A DNA stretch of 64,000 nt, taken from Candidatus Krumholzibacteriota bacterium. Its GTDB lineage: Bacteria > Krumholzibacteriota > Krumholzibacteriia > JAJRXK01. The DNA is taken from contig CAWDWO010000011.1 in NCBI GenBank assembly GCA_963806035.1, positions 1 through 64,000 on the forward strand, given 5' to 3'. The position numbers and the translations under genes were made by a program. Within the stretch, counting starts at the first letter, position 1. Every line of letters begins with the position of its first letter. Shown piece by piece: positions 39,826 to 49,656 of the stretch. The notes beneath the pieces are model-generated. The model was not told where the DNA came from. It ran no database searches and worked only from the letters and a program-made list of their open reading frames with translations.

Positions 39826-41234
39826 GCCCGCCCTCCCTTCTTCTTGACCCAGTCGCTGAAGACCTCTCCGCGTTCCACGAAGGAGGAGAATTCGTCGTAG
39901 CTGGTGCAGGCGGGAGAGAGCAGAACGGTATCCCCACGATTGGCGATCTCCTTCGCCAACTCCAAGGCCTGCAGCATTCCCGGCGCTTTCTTCAACTCGA
40001 CCGCTCCCTCGAGCGCGGCAGCGATCGCCTCCGACTCCTCGCCGTAGCAGATCGCGGTGCGCACCTGTCCCATGGCGGACGCCAGGGGGCTGTAGTCCTC
40101 ACCCTTGCCCTGTCCCCCCAAGAGCATCACGAAGGGGCCGCTCAGCCCGCTGAGAGCGGCCAGCGCGGCGTGCACGTTGGTCGCCTTCGAGTCGTTCACG
40201 TAGCGCACTCCCGCGATCTCGCCCACGAGTTGCACTCGATGGGGAAGTCCCTCGAAGCTGCGCAACCCTTCCGCGAGGGAAGAGACCGGAAGTCGGTAGG
40301 GAATGAGCGCCGCGAGCGCGGCCAGGGCGTTGAGCAGATTGTGATGACCCAAGAGGGGCAGCGCGGAGGCGGAGAGGATACGCTCCTCTCGCCCCCCGCT
40401 GCGTTGAACGAGCCAGTCTTCGGCAAGACCGGTCCCGTCTTCCCCGGCGGCGATCGGCGCGGGCTGGAAGCGGAGCTTGCGAGAAGAGCAAACCGCGCTC
40501 CACGCTTCGGCCCAGACCTCCCCCCGGGGAAATACGAAGAAGTCCTTTTCGTCCATCCGCTGCAGCATCCTGCGCTTGGCTTCCGCGTAGGATTCCATGT
40601 CCGGATAACGATTGAGATGGTCGGGGGCGATGTTCAACAGTACCGCCACATCCGGGTGAAGCTGCTCGACGTGTTCGAGCTGGAAGGAAGAGGCCTCCAC
40701 CACCACGAAAACTTCGGGGGTGGCGTCGTTCACGACGGCGCTCAACGCAGTCCCTATGTTGCCTGCCAAGAGAGAGGATTTTCCCGCGGAACACAGCAGA
40801 TGGTGGATGAGACTGACCGTCGTGCTCTTCCCGTTGGTCCCCGTCACCACCAAAAGCGGCCCTTCGACGCGACGCGCCGCCAACTCCAATTCACTGAAGA
40901 CGGGCACACCCTGCTGCAGGGCCTGTTGCACTACTGGGTTGCTGTCGGGAACTCCGGGGCTGATGACGAGCACTTCGAGTTGGCTCACGGCGGCCGCAAC
41001 AGCGGCGTCTTTTCCGCCATGGAAGGCGTCGACGCGATCGCCCAAGCTCGCGAGCACCTCGCCGAGTTCGTCGCGACGGCGGTCATCGAATAGAGTGACG
41101 CGGCACCCCTCGCTCAAAAGGAGTTCGGCGGCGGCGCTGCCGCTTCTGCCCAAACCAAAGACTCCGACGCGGGTATCGCGCCAAGAGCCGTCGCGCGGCA
41201 GAATCTCCATTGCTCGGGACATCACTCTCATCAT
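39822..41234 (-). CDS. murD: UDP-MurNAc-L-Ala--D-Glu ligase
   Basis: GLGRSG, SPGVP, TGTNGKST, EASSFQL, NDSKATN, SPAC; exact start uncertain. Confidence 0.96.
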   Translation of the reverse strand: MMRVMSRAMEILPRDGSWRDTRVGVFGLGRSGSAAAELLLSEGCRVTLFDDRRRDELGEVLASLGDRVDAFHGGKDAAVAAAVSQLEVLVISPGVPDSNPVVQQALQQGVPVFSELELAARRVEGPLLVVTGTNGKSTTVSLIHHLLCSAGKSSLLAGNIGTALSAVVNDATPEVFVVVEASSFQLEHVEQLHPDVAVLLNIAPDHLNRYPDMESYAEAKRRMLQRMDEKDFFVFPRGEVWAEAWSAVCSSRKLRFQPAPIAAGEDGTGLAEDWLVQRSGGREERILSASALPLLGHHNLLNALAALAALIPYRLPVSSLAEGLRSFEGLPHRVQLVGEIAGVRYVNDSKATNVHAALAALSGLSGPFVMLLGGQGKGEDYSPLASAMGQVRTAICYGEESEAIAAALEGAVELKKAPGMLQALELAKEIANRGDTVLLSPACTSYDEFSSFVERGEVFSDWVKKKGGRA

Positions 41235-42322
41235 CACCTTAGCTTCAGAGTCGAGACCGAAAGCAAGACCAAGAGAGCGCCCACGATCCAGAAACGGATC
41301 ACGACTTTCGATTCGCTCCAGCCGAGCTTTTCGAAATGATGGTGAATGGGCGCCATGAGAAAGATCCGCTTGCCGCTTCGCAGGCGATAACTCAAAACTT
41401 GCAGGGCGACCGAGAGCGCCTCTGCCACGAACACTCCTCCGATGACCACCAGCAGCAGCTCTTGTTTGATGAGAAGAGCCACGCTTGCCAACGCACCTCC
41501 CAGAGCCATGGCTCCGGTATCGCCCATGAAAACTTCCGCCGGATGCGCGTTGTACCACAGAAAGCCGAGCGAGGCCCCCAGGACCGCCATCGCGAAGACC
41601 GCGAGTTCGCCTGCGTCCCTCAAAAAGAGAATGTTCAAGTAACCGCTGATGACGCTGTTCCCGGTCACATAGGCCAGGACCGCGAAAGCGGCGAAGCACA
41701 GGGCCGCCAGACCCACGGCCAGACCGTCGAGTCCGTCGGCCAGGTTCACCGCGTTGGTGGTACCGGAAAACACCAGCACGACCAAAGGAACGTACAGCCA
41801 ACCCCAGTTGAGCATGACGCCCTTGAAGAAGGGCAGGGTGCTCTCGGTCGCGATGCCGGCGTACTCGGGCGTGCGCACCATCCAGAGAGCCAGGACCAGA
41901 CCAAAAATTCCCTGGGCCAAGATCTTCCATCGGCCCGAAAGACCGTTCCGCTTCTTCATGACGACTTTCAAATAGTCGTCGATGAAACCGAGCAGACCCA
42001 TGAAGACCGTGCTCAGAAGCGCGACTTTGACCAGCTGATTCCCGAGATTCCCCCACAGCAACATGGGAATGATGATGGCGGCCAGGATCAGAAGGCCACC
42101 CATGGTGGGAGTTCCCGCTTTGACATGGTGCCCCTCCGGCCCCTCTTCCCTGATGGTCTCACCGATCTGCAGCGAACGAAGCTTCGCGATGGCCCAACCT
42201 CCGAACACGAAGCAAATGAGAAGTGCAGTCACCGTCGCGTACGCGGCGCGGAAAGTGATGTAGCGGAAGACGTTGAACGCCCCCCAGCTCCCGCGGAGAA
42301 TCTCGACGAGTTCGTAGAACAT
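41234..42322 (-). CDS. mraY: Phospho-N-acetylmuramoyl-pentapeptide transferase
   Basis: KAGTPTMGG, DDYLK, NAVNLADGLDGL, FMGDTG, MAPIHHHFE. Confidence 0.98.
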   Translation of the reverse strand: MFYELVEILRGSWGAFNVFRYITFRAAYATVTALLICFVFGGWAIAKLRSLQIGETIREEGPEGHHVKAGTPTMGGLLILAAIIIPMLLWGNLGNQLVKVALLSTVFMGLLGFIDDYLKVVMKKRNGLSGRWKILAQGIFGLVLALWMVRTPEYAGIATESTLPFFKGVMLNWGWLYVPLVVLVFSGTTNAVNLADGLDGLAVGLAALCFAAFAVLAYVTGNSVISGYLNILFLRDAGELAVFAMAVLGASLGFLWYNAHPAEVFMGDTGAMALGGALASVALLIKQELLLVVIGGVFVAEALSVALQVLSYRLRSGKRIFLMAPIHHHFEKLGWSESKVVIRFWIVGALLVLLSVSTLKLR

Positions 42323-43728
42323 CAGTCGTCCCCTCCCCGCGCGCTCAATTCCTCCAAGAGCGACTCGAGAACCGTTTCCAGCCCCACACTGCGGCTGGCC
42401 TTCAGCAGAACCGCGTCTCCTTCGCGCAGCCCTTTCGCGATTTCGCGACCCAGCGCGCTCAAGTTTTGCTCAGGATCGGCCTGTTCGTCGGTGGCGAAGA
42501 TCATCTGCCGGCCCACCGGCACCAATTCGTCGATGCCGAGCTCGTGGGCGCGCGCCACCACGCGCCGGTGCAAATTCGTGCTCTCCGGTCCGAGCTCGGC
42601 CATGCTGCCGAGGATGGCGATCTTGCGGCCTTTGACGGGGAGCTTGGCGAGACTGGAGAGCGCGGACTCCATGCTGGAAGGATTCGCGTTGTAGCAGTCG
42701 TCCAGAATGACGCAGCCGGCGCGCCGCACGAAACGGCTCCGATGGGGAGAGACGGCAACCTCGGCGATGCGGGGAAGCGCATCTTCGATCTCCACCCCAG
42801 CCACTTTTGCGATCGCGCATGCGGCCGCGGCGTTGAGTCCATTGGCCTCTCCGAAGAGGGGCAGAACCACCTCGACTCCCTGAACTTTCACGCGCAACCC
42901 CTCGGCGGTCTGCTGGCACTTCTGGAGCCTCACATCGCATTTCTTGCCCTTGCCGAAGCTGACGCTCTCGCCCGCGCTGCTCGCCTGAAGGAGGCGTTCG
43001 TAGTTCGCATCGTCCCCGGGTAGAACCGCGCAACCCTGGGGCGGCAGGTTTTGGAGAAGGGCGGATTTTTCGACCAGGACGCCTTCCAGATCACCGAAGT
43101 TCTCCAAGTGGGCCGCGCCCACGTTGGTGACACAGCCGATGCGCGGCCTGACGCATTCGCTCAGAGCCGCGATCTCTCCCTTGCGTGAGGCTCCCATCTC
43201 CAGCACCAAAAAGTCGAGTTGATCGGGCTGCGAGAGAACCGCCAGGGGAAGTCCGATGCGACTGTTCAAATTGCCCGGGCTCACTCCAACTTCGCGGTCG
43301 CTGAGCGCCGCCTTCGTCATGTCCTTGGTAGTGGTCTTTCCGTTGGATCCAGTGATCCCGATCACCGTGGTCGGATGTTTGTGCAGCCAGCCTCGAGCGA
43401 GAGCGAAGAGGGCTGCATGCATGTCCTCCACCAAGAAGACCGGCTGCTCGAAGCCTTGCGCGCCGGGAATTTTGTTTTCCACCAGCGCCGCGGAAGCGCC
43501 ACGTTCGAAGCTCTGCACCAAAAAGTCAGCGCCGTGCTGTCTTTCTCCCTGCATGGCGACGAAAAGGTAGGCCGCTTGACTCTGCCTGCTGTCGACGACG
43601 GCGCCATGCAGGATTCGCGAAGCCAGACTGTTTTCGGAAGTCCACACCGCTCCGTCCGCGCGCAAGAGACGGTGCGCCACCTCCGCTTCGTCCAGCCATT
43701 CGTGGATGTCGTAGGCGGTGAAGCTCAT
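42322..43728 (-). CDS. murF: UDP-MurNAc-tripeptide--D-Ala-D-Ala ligase
   Basis: TGSNGKTTTK, VLEMG, DCYNANPSS, LLKASR. Confidence 0.96.
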   Translation of the reverse strand: MSFTAYDIHEWLDEAEVAHRLLRADGAVWTSENSLASRILHGAVVDSRQSQAAYLFVAMQGERQHGADFLVQSFERGASAALVENKIPGAQGFEQPVFLVEDMHAALFALARGWLHKHPTTVIGITGSNGKTTTKDMTKAALSDREVGVSPGNLNSRIGLPLAVLSQPDQLDFLVLEMGASRKGEIAALSECVRPRIGCVTNVGAAHLENFGDLEGVLVEKSALLQNLPPQGCAVLPGDDANYERLLQASSAGESVSFGKGKKCDVRLQKCQQTAEGLRVKVQGVEVVLPLFGEANGLNAAAACAIAKVAGVEIEDALPRIAEVAVSPHRSRFVRRAGCVILDDCYNANPSSMESALSSLAKLPVKGRKIAILGSMAELGPESTNLHRRVVARAHELGIDELVPVGRQMIFATDEQADPEQNLSALGREIAKGLREGDAVLLKASRSVGLETVLESLLEELSARGGDD

Positions 43729-45230
43729 GCCTTCCTCCCCGCATCCCAAGCAGCGCGGGCCGCGCTCGCGTCATCCCAAGGCAACTTCTCGGTGCCGATG
43801 ATCTGGTAGTTCTCGTGTCCCTTTCCGGCGAGAAGGACGAGATCCTCCCTGTCGGCGGCCTCGAGCGCGGCAGCGATCGCATCTCCCCTATCCGCGATGG
43901 TTCGCGCCCAACCCTGCTCATAGGCGCGTCGCATTCCACTCTCGACGTCCTCGAAGATCCGCTGCGGATCCTCGGTGCGCGGGTTGTCGAGCGTGAGATA
44001 GATCTGGTCCGCGCTGGCCATCACCGTCGCCGCCATGAGAGGCCGCTTGCCGCGGTCGCGGTCGCCTCCGCAGCCGAATACGACGTGAATGCGTCCTTGG
44101 CTGAATTCACGGCAGGCGGCCAGAGCCTTCTGTAATCCATCGGGCGTATGCGCGTAGTCCACCACCACCAAGGGCCCGCCGCTCAGTTCGACCGCTTGCA
44201 GCCGACCTCGCACGGGTTTGGCCGCGGCCAACCCCGTCTGCAACTCCTCCTTCGAAAGACCCAGAGCAAGCCCACATCCCAGAGCGACGAGGGCGTTTTC
44301 CACGTTGAACCCGCCCAGGAGGCGAGAGCGGAACTCGAGCTGCTCGTGTCGCAGTTCGACTCGGAAGGAGCTTCCGTCGCGATCGAGAGTGGCATCGAGC
44401 AAGCGCAGGTCGCTGCCCGCACTCCGCCCCACTTTGAGGGTTCGCTTGGGCCAGGGCGCGGCCGCGAAACTTTCGTCATCGATGAAGACCACGGCACACC
44501 CGACGGCCTTCTCGCGCGCGGGGCCGTCGAGACGGTCGAGCAGTCGCCGTTTCGCTCCCAGATAGCTCTGAAGGTCCGGATGATAATCAAGATGTTCGCG
44601 ACTCAAGTTGGTGAACGCCGCGACATCCACTTCGGCGACGCCGATGCGTTCCTGGTCGAGCGCGTGCGAGCTCGCCTCGAAAGCGCAACTGCTGAGCCCG
44701 GCTTCGCACATTTCATCCAGCAGCCGGTAGAATTCGGTCGGATCCGGTGTCGTCAGCGAGGCGGAACTCTGCCGAATTCCCGTGTCGTACTGAATGGTCC
44801 CCAGCAGCCCGCAGCTGCGTCCTGACTCCACCAGAATGTCGCGCACGAGGTGGCTGACCGTGGTCTTGCCATTGGTTCCGGTGACCGCCACCAGTTGGAG
44901 CTTCAGGTCGGGTTTGTGATGGAACTCGCGCGCCAAGACTCCCAGCGCGTGCCGCGTATCCTCGGTCGAGAAGAAGGCCGCATCGGCGCTGGCAGAAATC
45001 GCCGGCTCGCGTCCTTCCTGAACGATGATCGCCTTGGCTCCACGCGCCAAAGCATCGGCCACGTACTCGTGACCATCCATCGCGTGTCCTTCGACGGCCA
45101 CGAAACACGAGCCAGCTTTCACCTTGCGCGAATCACTACAGACCTCGTTCACCGAAACGTCGTTGAGGGCAGTGAGCGGTCTGAGCTCGAGCTGCGTCGC
45201 GAGATCGCCGAGCAGGGAGCGTGCGTTCAT
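43725..45230 (-). CDS. murE: UDP-MurNAc-dipeptide--diaminopimelate ligase
   Basis: TGTNGKTT, EASSHAL, DYAHTPDG, FGCGGDRD, DNPR (meso-DAP-type motif), GKGHE. Confidence 0.97.
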   Translation of the reverse strand: MNARSLLGDLATQLELRPLTALNDVSVNEVCSDSRKVKAGSCFVAVEGHAMDGHEYVADALARGAKAIIVQEGREPAISASADAAFFSTEDTRHALGVLAREFHHKPDLKLQLVAVTGTNGKTTVSHLVRDILVESGRSCGLLGTIQYDTGIRQSSASLTTPDPTEFYRLLDEMCEAGLSSCAFEASSHALDQERIGVAEVDVAAFTNLSREHLDYHPDLQSYLGAKRRLLDRLDGPAREKAVGCAVVFIDDESFAAAPWPKRTLKVGRSAGSDLRLLDATLDRDGSSFRVELRHEQLEFRSRLLGGFNVENALVALGCGLALGLSKEELQTGLAAAKPVRGRLQAVELSGGPLVVVDYAHTPDGLQKALAACREFSQGRIHVVFGCGGDRDRGKRPLMAATVMASADQIYLTLDNPRTEDPQRIFEDVESGMRRAYEQGWARTIADRGDAIAAALEAADREDLVLLAGKGHENYQIIGTEKLPWDDASAARAAWDAGRKA

Positions 45231-47173
45231 TCCCCACCCCCTTGCGACCAGGCCACGCGCACGACCCCTCCTGCCAGAATCGGCGCCCCTGCTTGCGGCA
45301 TCTGCCCCACGACTCTCGCATCGGCGGAGGGGGCCTCGTTCAGGAGTTTGCATCCCGCCCGCCCCAGCGATTCGCGGACGCTCTGCAGGGAAAGTCCGAA
45401 AAGCTCCGGGGTCTGCACCGTCCGCTCTGGCTCTTCTTCCTCGGCCGTCGCGAGCAAGGGACGGCGGTAGTCCAGGAGACGCGTGGCCGAGAGCACCTTG
45501 CTCACCACGCGCGAAAAACAGCCAGCCGCGGTATCTCCGCCCCAGCGACGCTCGACTTTGGGCCGCTGGACGACGATGGCCACCAGAAGCTGCGGAGCTT
45601 CGGCGGGAACGACCCCGATGAAGTCCGCCATGTATGCGTTGGGTTCGTAGCCTCTGCCGTCCAAGCGCGCGATTTGCGCCGTACCGGTCTTCCCCCCCAC
45701 GCTCAATCCCTCGACCCGGGCCCCCCGCCCACTCCCGTAGTCCATCTCGACCACCTGGCGGCACAGATCGCGCAGGATCGGAGGGACCTTGGGCGGTACG
45801 ATGTCTTCTCGGACCACGCGCGGGGGCAATGGATGCACCTGGCCCTCTTCGTCGCGCCAGCTGGCCACGAAGCGAGGGACCCGCAGCGTACCGTCAGTCA
45901 GCAACGCGCTGTATCCCGCCGCCATCTGCAGGAGAGTGACCGAGACCTCCTGCCCGATGGCCATGGTGGCCTTCGTCCGCCCGGACCAATCCTGGACATC
46001 ATTCAGAATGCCGGGGCTCTCTCCGGAGAGACCGCAGCCGGTGGGCATTCCCAAACCGAAGCGGCGCAGATCACCCAGGAATTCATCCTGATGCAAGTAC
46101 GAGGCGGCCTTTCCGAAGATGATGTTGGAACTGACGATGAAGGCGACCCGGAAGCTGACCAGACCCACCGGGTGTACGTCGTGGAAGGTGAACCCACCCA
46201 AGTCCGCGCTGCTCCGATACTCCCCCGGATGGCCCTCCCCGTCGAACACGTCCGAGGTGTCACACAGGGCATGACGCAAGAGCGACGCCGCGGTGAAGAG
46301 CTTGAATGAGGATCCCGGCTCGAAAGCATCGAGCACGAGCGGGTCCCGCCACTCGCTGGAGAGATAGGGCCGGTTTTCGCGGCTGGCGATTCCGGGAGCG
46401 GTGGCGGCTGCGAGAACGGATCCGTCGCGCGGGTCCATGACGATGCCCATGACCGAGCTCGCCCCTGCTTCCTCCTTCGTCGCTTCGAGTTCTTCCTCCA
46501 GAATCATCTGCACGCGATGATCGAGAGTGAGAATCACGTCGCGCCCGGGAACCGGCTTTACCAGTATCTGACGCATGATGGGAGCCGTGCCCGCCGCCGC
46601 GTCGTAGCGGTTGAGCACGCGACCGGGATGGCCCGCCAGGATGGTGTCACAGAGTCTCTCGATGCCTGCATCACCGTGGCCGCTGCGATCGACGCGCCCC
46701 AGAAGACGCGCTGCGACCCCATCCATCGGATAGCTGCGCTTCAGACGTTCATCCACCGAGAGATAGGGTTGACAGCGAAGCTCGTCGACTTTCTCGGGGG
46801 AAAGGACGACGCTGCGATTCAGGTAGGTGTGGGTGTGCCGCTCGCGGAGCTTGTGTTGGATTTCTCGGGCTGACATACCCAAGAGCCCGGCCAGTAGCTG
46901 GGCCTTGTCGTCATCCCGCCAGTACTCGGGACGGCTGACCCCGACTTCGTAGCAGGCCTCGGTGACTGCGAGTGGATAGCCCAATCGATCCAGAATGTTG
47001 CCCCTGCGCGGCAGGAGCTCACTCACGTTCTGGCTCATCTCAGTGAGTTGGCGGTGCGCTTGACCGTGATCGATGATCTGCACCCAGGCCAATCGCGCGA
47101 AGATGCTCAGAAGAGCCGCGCCGATGATGCAGGCGAAGGTCAAAAAGCGGGCCCGCGAATAGCGAGGGTTCAT
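45227..47173 (-). CDS. ftsI: Class B penicillin-binding protein (FtsI) with PASTA domain
   Basis: RGNILDR, EPGSSFK (SxxK), SSN, GKTGTAQ, C-terminal PASTA-like segment. Confidence 0.93.
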   Translation of the reverse strand: MNPRYSRARFLTFACIIGAALLSIFARLAWVQIIDHGQAHRQLTEMSQNVSELLPRRGNILDRLGYPLAVTEACYEVGVSRPEYWRDDDKAQLLAGLLGMSAREIQHKLRERHTHTYLNRSVVLSPEKVDELRCQPYLSVDERLKRSYPMDGVAARLLGRVDRSGHGDAGIERLCDTILAGHPGRVLNRYDAAAGTAPIMRQILVKPVPGRDVILTLDHRVQMILEEELEATKEEAGASSVMGIVMDPRDGSVLAAATAPGIASRENRPYLSSEWRDPLVLDAFEPGSSFKLFTAASLLRHALCDTSDVFDGEGHPGEYRSSADLGGFTFHDVHPVGLVSFRVAFIVSSNIIFGKAASYLHQDEFLGDLRRFGLGMPTGCGLSGESPGILNDVQDWSGRTKATMAIGQEVSVTLLQMAAGYSALLTDGTLRVPRFVASWRDEEGQVHPLPPRVVREDIVPPKVPPILRDLCRQVVEMDYGSGRGARVEGLSVGGKTGTAQIARLDGRGYEPNAYMADFIGVVPAEAPQLLVAIVVQRPKVERRWGGDTAAGCFSRVVSKVLSATRLLDYRRPLLATAEEEEPERTVQTPELFGLSLQSVRESLGRAGCKLLNEAPSADARVVGQMPQAGAPILAGGVVRVAWSQGGGE

Positions 47174-47586
47174 TGACCCTCCTTCGCCAGCGCGCTCTCG
47201 ACTTGACCGTAGCGATCCAGACTACGCGCGAGATGCTCGAGGAAAGGATGAGCCACCGTCTCCTTCTCGCCCGTCGAGGGCAGGACCAGAATGGAACGGT
47301 CCTCGGGCGAAGGTTCCATCAACGCGAGTTCCCGATTTGCCCTGCCCACGATCCGCTCGCGCTCGGTCGCGCGCAGCCAAGCCGAAAGGAGACGGCGGTA
47401 TTCGTCCCCCTGAAAATCGATCTCCCGCTGCAGCGCGGTTCTTTTCCGCTCGAGGCGCTCGACGCGGTTTGCTCCCCAGCAGGCCATGAAGAGCGTGCCC
47501 AAGAGAGCCAGCAGGATGAGAGTGGAACGCAATGCCACGCGGGAGCGCTGACGGCGAGGACGCGAACGACGACGGGCACCCATCAC
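47170..47586 (-). CDS. ftsL: FtsL-like cell division protein
   Basis: Basic N-terminus, TM helix and coiled coil (ERIVGRANRELAL) between rsmH and ftsI. Confidence 0.7.
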   Translation of the reverse strand: MMGARRRSRPRRQRSRVALRSTLILLALLGTLFMACWGANRVERLERKRTALQREIDFQGDEYRRLLSAWLRATERERIVGRANRELALMEPSPEDRSILVLPSTGEKETVAHPFLEHLARSLDRYGQVESALAKEGQ

Positions 47587-48500
47587 AGACCCTCCGCTGC
47601 GCGCAAGCGCGCGGACCGGGCTCGGGGATTTCGACGGATTTCCTCTGAGCTCGGTCTCACTGGACGCGGCGTGAGCACTCTGAGTCGCCGGGCTCGCTCG
47701 TGGACAGGAGGCAGGTGGCGAGAGCCCTGCGCCCCTCGCGATTCGCGGCGCATCATCGCCTTGACCCGCCTGTCCTCCAGACTGTGGTAGCTGACTGCCA
47801 CGAAACGCCCCCCCGAGCGCAGCCGGGCGGGGACCTCCTGTAGCGCGGCCTCCAGCTCTCCCATTTCATCGTTCACCAAAATGCGGAAGGCCTGAAAGAT
47901 GCGCGCGAGCTCGGCTTCTTGCTTGGCGCCACGAGGCAGGACGCTCAGGATTCGGTCTCTCACGCTGACTGCGCTGAGGGAGTCCCCTTCCTTGGCCAAA
48001 TCGTGGAGAGCTCGCGCGACGCGACCCGCCACTCGCACCTCGCCGTATTCGCTCAACCAAGTTTGAATTTGCGACAGCGAGGCATGACGTAGACGCTGCG
48101 CGGCGGAAACTCCGCGGGAAGAATCGAAGCGCAGGTCGAAAGGACCCGCCGCCTGGTGGCTGAAGCCCCGGCCGGCGTCTTCGAGCTGATCGCTGCTGAG
48201 TCCCAGGTCCATGCAGATGCCGTCCGCGTGAGAAATCCCCAACTCATCCAACACTGCACCGAAGTTCGAAAATGCAGCGTGTCGAACGATGAAGCGATCG
48301 CCGTGGGAGGAGAGGCGCTCCGACGCGCCCGCGATGGCTTCCAGATCCAAGTCGAGCCCGATCACGCGGGCTCCTGCCTCCAGGCAGGCCGCGCTGTAAC
48401 CGCCGCCGCCCAGAGTCATATCCACCACCACCTTGCCGGGCGTGGGGAGAAGGTATTCGAGCACCTCCGTGAGCATCACCGGCTGATGGTGGGTGTTCAT
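47583..48500 (-). CDS. rsmH: 16S rRNA m4C1402 methyltransferase
   Basis: HQPVML, DMTLGGGG, DLGLSSDQL, SYHSLEDR, NPRARSARLR. Confidence 0.96.
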   Translation of the reverse strand: MNTHHQPVMLTEVLEYLLPTPGKVVVDMTLGGGGYSAACLEAGARVIGLDLDLEAIAGASERLSSHGDRFIVRHAAFSNFGAVLDELGISHADGICMDLGLSSDQLEDAGRGFSHQAAGPFDLRFDSSRGVSAAQRLRHASLSQIQTWLSEYGEVRVAGRVARALHDLAKEGDSLSAVSVRDRILSVLPRGAKQEAELARIFQAFRILVNDEMGELEAALQEVPARLRSGGRFVAVSYHSLEDRRVKAMMRRESRGAQGSRHLPPVHERARRLRVLTPRPVRPSSEEIRRNPRARSARLRAAEGL

Positions 48501-48505
48501 GGAGT

Positions 48506-48985
48506 TCAGTGCCGCATGATGTCCCAAGCCTGGAGCCTCGCGTGCGCGGCCGCGGCGGGAAGACCCGCCACCGAGTCCACCGCGACCAGCGCCGTCTCGA
48601 GGTCCGAGAGCAGGGAGATCTTGTGATCCGATCCGACTAGCACGAGCAAGTTGGCCATGTAGAGTGAAAGTCCCAGCCAAAGGGTCACGATCCCTTCACT
48701 CCGCCAGCGATATTCTTCGTGCAGCAGCTGCTGCGCGACTTCCTGGGAGAACTGAGCGAGATGAGTGGCATCGAGCAGCACGAAGGTCGTGGATCCGTCT
48801 CGCTGACGGCATGCGCTCAAACTCATTCTGAGGTCTTGAATTCTCTCCGGACTCAACAGACCGGTGAGACGAACGTGCAGCACGCCCTTGGCTCGCGGCA
48901 GAATGACGAAGCCCCCCCACGAACGGGCCGCGGGAGCCTGGACACTGGCCGACGAGATCCTCGTTTTACCTTCGACTGATTTCAT
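48506..48985 (-). CDS. Hypothetical protein with STAS-like fold pattern
   Basis: GGAG RBS; VRLTGLL...VLLDATHLAQFS...LWLGLSLYMANLLVLVG follows the STAS beta/alpha order. Confidence 0.55.
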   Translation of the reverse strand: MKSVEGKTRISSASVQAPAARSWGGFVILPRAKGVLHVRLTGLLSPERIQDLRMSLSACRQRDGSTTFVLLDATHLAQFSQEVAQQLLHEEYRWRSEGIVTLWLGLSLYMANLLVLVGSDHKISLLSDLETALVAVDSVAGLPAAAAHARLQAWDIMRH

Positions 48986-49002
48986 CGCTTCCTGCTCCTC
49001 CG

Positions 49003-49482
49003 CTAGAAGAGGATGTCCTCCACATCGCTGAGATCCAGTTCCTGCGCCGCCTCCAACTCGAAGAAACGCTGGGGGTCCCAGATTTCGATGACGCGATCCA
49101 CTCCCAGGATCAGGCATTCCTGCGCAATGCCGACCTCTTCGAGCAGCTGCCGGGGGATCGTGCAGCGCCCCTTGTCATCCAGGCTCAGCGGCACCACCGA
49201 GCTGAAGAGTTCGCGACGGCGCCAGCGAGCCTCGGCCCCCTTGGCGTTCGACGCGGCGTTGATGCGCTCGATGCGTTCTTCCCACTCTTGCACCGAAAAC
49301 GCCTGCAGATAGCCGTCGGGTCCCTTGATGAGGATCAGGGTTCCGTTGTCCTCGCTTCCCTCACGGGGAATGGCCCGCCGGAAGAGAGCCGGCAGACTGA
49401 CGCGTCCCTTCTCGTCGATCTTCTGACGGAAGCGTCCGTGGAAGCGTGCACTGGGAACGGGCTGCGGCGTGCTTGGGTCCAT
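49003..49482 (-). CDS. mraZ: Transcriptional regulator MraZ
   Basis: IDEKGRVSLP and LDDKGRCTIP repeats, IEIWD. Confidence 0.95.
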   Translation of the reverse strand: MDPSTPQPVPSARFHGRFRQKIDEKGRVSLPALFRRAIPREGSEDNGTLILIKGPDGYLQAFSVQEWEERIERINAASNAKGAEARWRRRELFSSVVPLSLDDKGRCTIPRQLLEEVGIAQECLILGVDRVIEIWDPQRFFELEAAQELDLSDVEDILF

Positions 49483-49527
49483 TTTGGGCGATCTGCTATC
49501 CTGTAACTTGTTTTTATCCTGGTGGTT

Positions 49528-49603
49528 ATAGGGAATTTCCCTATTTGTCCCCTTCTGTCCCCTCATCGAGAGATATCTTGAACTCGGCGGATTCGGGTGT
49601 CAA
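49528..49603 (-). promoter_or_regulatory. dcw promoter with 10-bp-periodic repeats (MraZ-box-like) and a palindrome
   Basis: TTGACA-N17-CAAGAT (49603-49575), then GAGGGGACAG AAGGGGACAA ATAGGGAAAT, overlapping the palindrome ATAGGGAA-T-TTCCCTAT (49528-49544). Confidence 0.6.
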
Positions 49604-49656
49604 ACCGAAATCTCACGCCGGCCAAAAAAAGCGGGGAAAACTCGCGCGGAGGGGCT

